The translations under genes and the position numbers were made by a program. Shown in pieces: positions 58,947-64,000 of a stretch of DNA of 64,000 bases. Source of the stretch: Bacteroidia bacterium (GTDB lineage Bacteria; Bacteroidota; Bacteroidia; M30B66); NCBI GenBank assembly GCA_965279035.1, contig OZ257142.1, positions 2,848,001 to 2,912,000 of the forward strand, in the 5' to 3' direction. Numbering within the stretch: the first letter of the stretch is position 1; each line of letters starts with the position of its first letter. Below the pieces are notes generated by a model. That model did not search any database, had not been told where the DNA came from, and saw only the letters and a program-made list of their open reading frames with translations.

Positions 58947-60002
58947 ATGACATCCGAACAACGCATTTCAGCATTTATTCAATTAGGGATCGAGATTCAA
59001 CAAACTTTTTCCCTTCCTACAGAACAACAAAATATTCTTCAACAACAACTATATCAGCTCACTGAGCGCATGCATCATAGTAATGGCTGGTTTACTTTTG
59101 AAAATACACGTCATGCATTATTGGGCATAGCTAACATGCTCGAAAGTCAAACTATTCGCTCTTGGTGGGAAAGCTATTCTGATCAATTTCAAGAAGAAAG
59201 ATTGCATTCGGTTGGAGTTATCATGGCGGGAAACATTCCGGCAGTTGGCTTTCATGATATGCTATGCGTCCTACTTTCTGGAAATATCCTGAATGCCAAA
59301 CTTTCCTCAAGCGACCTAGTTTTGCTTCCAGCTTTAGCTGCAATGCTCTGTGCTATTGAACCTTTGTTTATCGATCGCATTCACTTTACCGAAGAGCGTC
59401 TGCCTAAAATTGATGCCATCATTGCAACAGGTAGCAATAATTCATCACGGTATTTTGACTACTATTTTAGCAAGTATCCTAACATCATTCGTAAAAATAG
59501 AACTTCAGTCGCTGTATTGACTGGCGCCGAAAGTCACCAAGAATTACAGGCATTATGCGAAGACATTTTCCGGTATTTTGGATTGGGTTGTCGCAATGTT
59601 TCTTGTCTGTTTGTGCCCGATGATTTCAAAGTGGATACGTTTTATGAAGCGGCTGAAGATTGGGCCGAATTGTACAATCATCAGAAATACAATAACAATT
59701 ACACGTATAATAAATCGGTGTATTTGGTGAATTCGATCCCACATTTCGACAATAATTTCCTCATCCTTCGGGAAGATGAATCCTTGCATCCACCCATTGG
59801 TGTAATCAATTTCGTTCGTTACAAAGACATTGATTTACTAAAAGAAATGTTGATAACTCGAAAGGATGAATTGCAATGTGTTGTAGCTTCTCCTTTGAGT
59901 GGAATTCCATCGATTCCATTTGGTACTTCTCAAAATCCTGGTCCGGGCGATTATGCCGATGGTGTGGATACGCTTGCATTTCTAGCCTCGATTCCCAATT
60001 AA
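58947..60002 (+). CDS. LuxC-like acyl-CoA reductase
   Basis: AGNIP.VGFHD, ATGSNNS.RYF, YFGLGCRNV and DYADGVDT motifs; likely ATG 58947. Confidence 0.9.
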   Translation: MTSEQRISAFIQLGIEIQQTFSLPTEQQNILQQQLYQLTERMHHSNGWFTFENTRHALLGIANMLESQTIRSWWESYSDQFQEERLHSVGVIMAGNIPAVGFHDMLCVLLSGNILNAKLSSSDLVLLPALAAMLCAIEPLFIDRIHFTEERLPKIDAIIATGSNNSSRYFDYYFSKYPNIIRKNRTSVAVLTGAESHQELQALCEDIFRYFGLGCRNVSCLFVPDDFKVDTFYEAAEDWAELYNHQKYNNNYTYNKSVYLVNSIPHFDNNFLILREDESLHPPIGVINFVRYKDIDLLKEMLITRKDELQCVVASPLSGIPSIPFGTSQNPGPGDYADGVDTLAFLASIPN

Positions 60003-60003
60003 A

Positions 60004-60471
60004 ATGAAACATATTTTCTTCCTTCTATCCCTTATCCCTTTTTCTATGCTTGCACAATCCGATTCTATTATCGTTACAGGAAAATTCTCCGAAGATCTTC
60101 TTTCAAGTGAATGGTTTCGATCATGGAATAGCGAATCGATAAAGTACCTTCCTGATGCTGCCATCATAGATCAACTTGCTCAAATTCCGACAGCGAATTT
60201 GAATGTTATTGTCTATCTCGGAACCTGGTGCGAAGATAGTAAAACACATATTCCGGCTTTTATTCAAGTAGCGAATAAGATGGAATTGAACTATACTTTA
60301 ATTGGAGTGAATCGGGAAAAAGAATGTCCTTTTGATAAGAAGGAATGTAAAAACTGGGATATTACCAATGTGCCTACGATTATTGTTTTTCGTGATGATA
60401 AAGAAATTGGACGCATCGTTGAAACGCCCAAACGTAGTATCGAATTCGATCTTCTAGATATTCTAAAATGA
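60004..60471 (+). CDS. Secreted thioredoxin-fold protein (CxxS)
   Basis: GTWCEDS, VPTII and EIGRIVE motifs; signal peptide. Confidence 0.85.
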   Translation: MKHIFFLLSLIPFSMLAQSDSIIVTGKFSEDLLSSEWFRSWNSESIKYLPDAAIIDQLAQIPTANLNVIVYLGTWCEDSKTHIPAFIQVANKMELNYTLIGVNREKECPFDKKECKNWDITNVPTIIVFRDDKEIGRIVETPKRSIEFDLLDILK

Positions 60472-60749
60472 AAGGATGATTCGAAATGAATTTCACCTCT
60501 TTCAGAATAAATTTCTTGGAGAATTTCAGAGTGATAATCAAGAACGAAGAAGCTATTCAGTTAAATCTTTGATGAATTGAAAATCGTAATCCATTCAAAA
60601 TGTGCGAATTGATTCAGGGAAGGCAAATTGAAAAAAAATTATCTTTACGGCTTCAAAAATTTCAACCACAAAAATTGTTGCTTCTGAATTAGATCATTCG
60701 ATTATCTTGAGAAACAGAAAAAACAGAATCAACCTTTGAAACAAAAAAT

Positions 60750-61553
60750 ATGAAGAACTGGAATTCCACGGAAGTTGTAAAAGCGAGTGACTTACATGAA
60801 AATTATTGGTATCAAGGTTTCTTCTATACAGGTTTTGGTCAGAAAGAATATTATCGCCGCGATTTTGAAGAGATTCGGTTTCGTGATTTAGCCTTGTTTA
60901 CTTTAGGTGGAATTGAAGGAAAAAAGGTCCTCGATATTGGTTGTGGAAATGGATTGTATTCGCTCACGTTTTTGAAAATGGGAGCTGAGTTAGTTGCTGG
61001 ACAAGATTTATCTCAGAAATACCTTGACATTGGAACCGACACATTTAAAAAGAATGGGTATTCTAATTTTGTCATGAAAGCTGGTAATTGTGAATTTCTT
61101 CAATATGAAGATAATTATTTCGATTCAGCCTTTTCGGGTGATGTATTTGAGCACATTACACGTGAACAAAAAATCAATTTTATCAATGAGACTTTCCGAG
61201 TATTAAAACCGGGTGGACGTTTTACCATTAAAACTCCCAATAAAAGTTATTTGAAAATGTCGAATTTTTTCCGTCGGATTTTAGCGCTTGCTAAATTCAA
61301 AAACCCGATGAATATTCACATTGCTCATACGCACAACAATCCCGATAATGAGCACCATGGCTTGACTACACATGCCGAAATGTTGGAGATATTTGGAAAT
61401 ACTATGTTTCATAAACCCGAAATTGTTTTCCAAGAATTGAATAAAAAATCCATCCCCAATTTTATTCGCCGACTCTTTAAAAAGAATGTGTATTTCAATC
61501 AGCAAATCATCATTTCTGTCCAAAAACCTATTTTTTACGGTATTTATAAATAA
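60750..61553 (+). CDS. Class I SAM-dependent methyltransferase
   Basis: VLDIGCGNG, VFEHI and RVLKPGG...TPN motifs. Confidence 0.9.
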   Translation: MKNWNSTEVVKASDLHENYWYQGFFYTGFGQKEYYRRDFEEIRFRDLALFTLGGIEGKKVLDIGCGNGLYSLTFLKMGAELVAGQDLSQKYLDIGTDTFKKNGYSNFVMKAGNCEFLQYEDNYFDSAFSGDVFEHITREQKINFINETFRVLKPGGRFTIKTPNKSYLKMSNFFRRILALAKFKNPMNIHIAHTHNNPDNEHHGLTTHAEMLEIFGNTMFHKPEIVFQELNKKSIPNFIRRLFKKNVYFNQQIIISVQKPIFYGIYK

Positions 61554-61584
61554 GCATTTGAGCTTAATTATTGATTAAATAAAT

Positions 61585-61615
61585 AAGCCTGAGAATTTCA
61601 TTTTCGGGCTTTTTT
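61585..61615 (+). terminator. Terminator after the methyltransferase
   Basis: AAGCCTGAGAA...TTTTCGGGCTTTTTT. Confidence 0.7.
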
Positions 61616-61751
61616 ATTTCCATTTTTTAATTTCAAAGAATTCCAAATTGAATAAGAGGATATTTAAAATATAAAATCCCCAGTGATTGGTATATTTGAT
61701 AGTTTGATTTCAATTTTTATTCCTATTAAATCTTTTAGAAATTCAATTCCA

Positions 61752-64000
61752 ATGAAGATTAATCCTATCCATGTATTTATTTCATTTTGCATTTTACTTT
61801 CTAGTTCAATTTTCGCTCAATTGCCCGATTTCGGTCCGGCATTTTTGCAAAACGAAGTTGCGACTGTTCGTATCACAATAAATCCAGATTCACTCGATGC
61901 ATTGTTGTCGTCGGAATTTGCTGGAACAGATCGCGAATTCCCAGCTACCTTTAAATACGAAAGCAGTGTTTTAACCGATTCTGTTGCTGAAATTGGATTT
62001 CGCCTTCGTGGAAATACGAGTATCAACTCAGACAAGAAATCGTTCAAGGTTTCGTTCAATACCTATCAATCGGCTAAATGGCAAGGGCTAGAAAAACTCA
62101 ACCTAAATGGAAGTGCCAACGATCCTTCGATGATTCGCGCCAAGTTATGTTGGGATATTATTCGTGATGCCGATTTACCGGGTGCTCGCACATCATTCGT
62201 TAAGTTGTATATCAATGGTGAATACCGTGGTTTGTATTCGAACATCGAACATATCGACGAGAATTTTGCCGATTTGTACTTTCCGCAAAGTCAGTATAGC
62301 ACACAGTTTAAATGTTTGTATCCTGCTACGTTGGAATATATTAGCTCCAATCCGAACGATTATAATTACATTCAATTTGATCGTCGCCCCTATGACCAAA
62401 CCACGAACGATTACACCAACGATTACCGTGAATTAGCCGAATTTATCACCATTCTTAACCAAACTTCTTTATCGAATTTGCCCTGTGCTTTAGAGCGCCG
62501 ATTTGATGTGGATAGCTATTTACGTTATGCGGCTTTGGATGTATTGACGGGCAATTGGGACGGTTATATTTACAACAAGAACAATTTCTATTTGCAGAAA
62601 GATTATCAAACCGGGCGTTTTCATTTTATACCGTATGATTTAGACAATACGCTAGGAATCGATTGGGTTGGACAAGATTGGACCACCCGCAATGTGATGA
62701 GCTGGGCACCTTCGAGCGAGAATCGACCTTTGTTCAAACGTTTGTTGCAGGTTCCAGAATATTCGTCACGTTACCAAAATTACATTCGCGAGTTTGCAGC
62801 TTCCGTTTTTCATCCCGATAGCATTGCAGCGAAATCGGCATCTAAGTTAGCATTGATTCAAGATGCTGCAGTAAATGACACGTATCGCACCTTGGATTTT
62901 GGATTTACCTATGATGATTTTTTGAATTCTGCCAGCAGTGCTTGGGGCAGTCATGTAGCTTATGGGATAAATGATTATGCTGCTTTACGAGTGGCTTCTG
63001 CTTTAAATCAAACTACGGCTTCGCAGCAGGTAGCGCATTTAACGGGTGGTTGGATAAAAGTGAATTCTTCTTTAGCGTATGCTCAACTAAACGGACAGGT
63101 AAACGGACTCGTTCAAATTGAAGTAAGTGTTTTAAGTGATATGTCTGCGATACTAGCTACATATACCTTACATGACGATGGGCTATCTCCTGACTTGACT
63201 GCCGATGATGGACTTTATTCGGGTGATTTACCATTTCCACCATTTGAAACAGACCAAATTTATTATCGTTTTCGTTACCAAGAAACGGGTAGTTCTATAA
63301 CTCAATTATGGCCATGTGGTTCGCGTGTATTTTTCATAAATGCATCAAGCGATAATTTACTTAACGAATTGATGAGCGACAATAGCTCTTGCATACCCGA
63401 TGAAGCAGGTGATTTTTCTGATTGGATTGAATTGTATAATAGTCAGGCAAGTACTTTCAGCATTGATGGATATTATCTTTCCAACAAGCAGAATTACCTC
63501 AACAAATGGCCTATGCCGAATGTGTCGATACCAAGTCATGGCTTTAAACTTTTATGGGCAAATAGTGATGAAGAGCTTAGTCGCAACAATGTGAATTTTA
63601 AACTTTCTGCAACGGGCGACACACTCTTGTTGCATCGCAAAGCGGATGATACCTATCAATTAGTAGATCAGGTAATTATTCCTGCATTGGATGTCAATGA
63701 AAGTTATGGTTTGCAAACAGATGGTGGAAATCAGTGGATGGTGTTTGCAGCCAATCTCACCACAGCAAACGAATCGAATAATACGAGCGGATTGTATTTT
63801 TTATCACAATTGAAATGTGGCATTTTCCCTAACCCAACGAATGGAGCACTCACCATTCAATTGGATAGTGAAACAGGTGAAATTAGTTTGTATTCACTCA
63901 CAGGCCAATTAATGATGAGTAAAAGTTTAAGTATGAATTCTACAATATCATTATCTGAACTTGCTGCTGGTACTTATCTGATTGAGGTACAAACAAAAAT
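61752..64000 (+). CDS. CotH kinase-family protein with choice-of-anchor-X-like motif, lamin-tail domain and T9SS CTD (runs off the window end; absent from the ORF track)
   Basis: Manual translation: MKINPIHVFISFC..., RLRGNTS...KKSFKV, NWDGY..NKNNFYL, IPYDLD, LHDDG..D..ADDGLYSG, NELMSDN...DWIELYN and IFPNPT. The late motifs I checked are in frame with ATG 61752. Confidence 0.9.
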   Translation, partial: MKINPIHVFISFCILLSSSIFAQLPDFGPAFLQNEVATVRITINPDSLDALLSSEFAGTDREFPATFKYESSVLTDSVAEIGFRLRGNTSINSDKKSFKVSFNTYQSAKWQGLEKLNLNGSANDPSMIRAKLCWDIIRDADLPGARTSFVKLYINGEYRGLYSNIEHIDENFADLYFPQSQYSTQFKCLYPATLEYISSNPNDYNYIQFDRRPYDQTTNDYTNDYRELAEFITILNQTSLSNLPCALERRFDVDSYLRYAALDVLTGNWDGYIYNKNNFYLQKDYQTGRFHFIPYDLDNTLGIDWVGQDWTTRNVMSWAPSSENRPLFKRLLQVPEYSSRYQNYIREFAASVFHPDSIAAKSASKLALIQDAAVNDTYRTLDFGFTYDDFLNSASSAWGSHVAYGINDYAALRVASALNQTTASQQVAHLTGGWIKVNSSLAYAQLNGQVNGLVQIEVSVLSDMSAILATYTLHDDGLSPDLTADDGLYSGDLPFPPFETDQIYYRFRYQETGSSITQLWPCGSRVFFINASSDNLLNELMSDNSSCIPDEAGDFSDWIELYNSQASTFSIDGYYLSNKQNYLNKWPMPNVSIPSHGFKLLWANSDEELSRNNVNFKLSATGDTLLLHRKADDTYQLVDQVIIPALDVNESYGLQTDGGNQWMVFAANLTTANESNNTSGLYFLSQLKCGIFPNPTNGALTIQLDSETGEISLYSLTGQLMMSKSLSMNSTISLSELAAGTYLIEVQTK

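Noticed and set aside
58947-60002. Bioluminescence (lux) locus
   Set aside because: Only a LuxC-like reductase is present, with no luxAB/D/E; the divergent ferredoxin arrangement is ordinary in Bacteroidota.
1177-63594. Many 60-126 aa ORFs overlapping larger genes (e.g. 1177-1401, 5402-5713, 39561-39926, 58547-58927, 61817-63594)
   Set aside because: These are shadow or alternate-frame ORFs of well-supported CDSs and show no recognisable motifs.

Overview
AT-rich Bacteroidota chromosomal segment, identified by a SusC/SusD pair, TAnnTTTG -7 promoter boxes and nine proteins with T9SS C-terminal sorting domains. It mixes housekeeping genes (prmC, ribD, mqnC, wecB, upp, psd, YjjG-like HAD, ferredoxin) with many secreted hydrolases, a LytS/LytTR two-component pair and a three-gene PAS/histidine-kinase cluster. 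No rRNA, tRNA or CRISPR array was seen. The main non-routine signal is a small mobile-element system. (i) An intact IS4-family element (29667-31061) is inserted in a heptamer tandem repeat and carries two extra end-like 17-mers inside its transposase gene. (ii) Two copies of a non-coding MITE-like element (8633-9021 and about 38494-39135) are present; the left end of the first copy matches the IS4 end, and both carry a ~170-nt structured core with compensatory base changes, including a hairpin-loop/upstream pairing. Other notable items are two Flavo-1-like RNA repeats, a DHp-REC protein with no ATPase domain, a possible DnaA-box cluster and an FNR-like box before a desaturase. All calls are by eye; no database searches were run.
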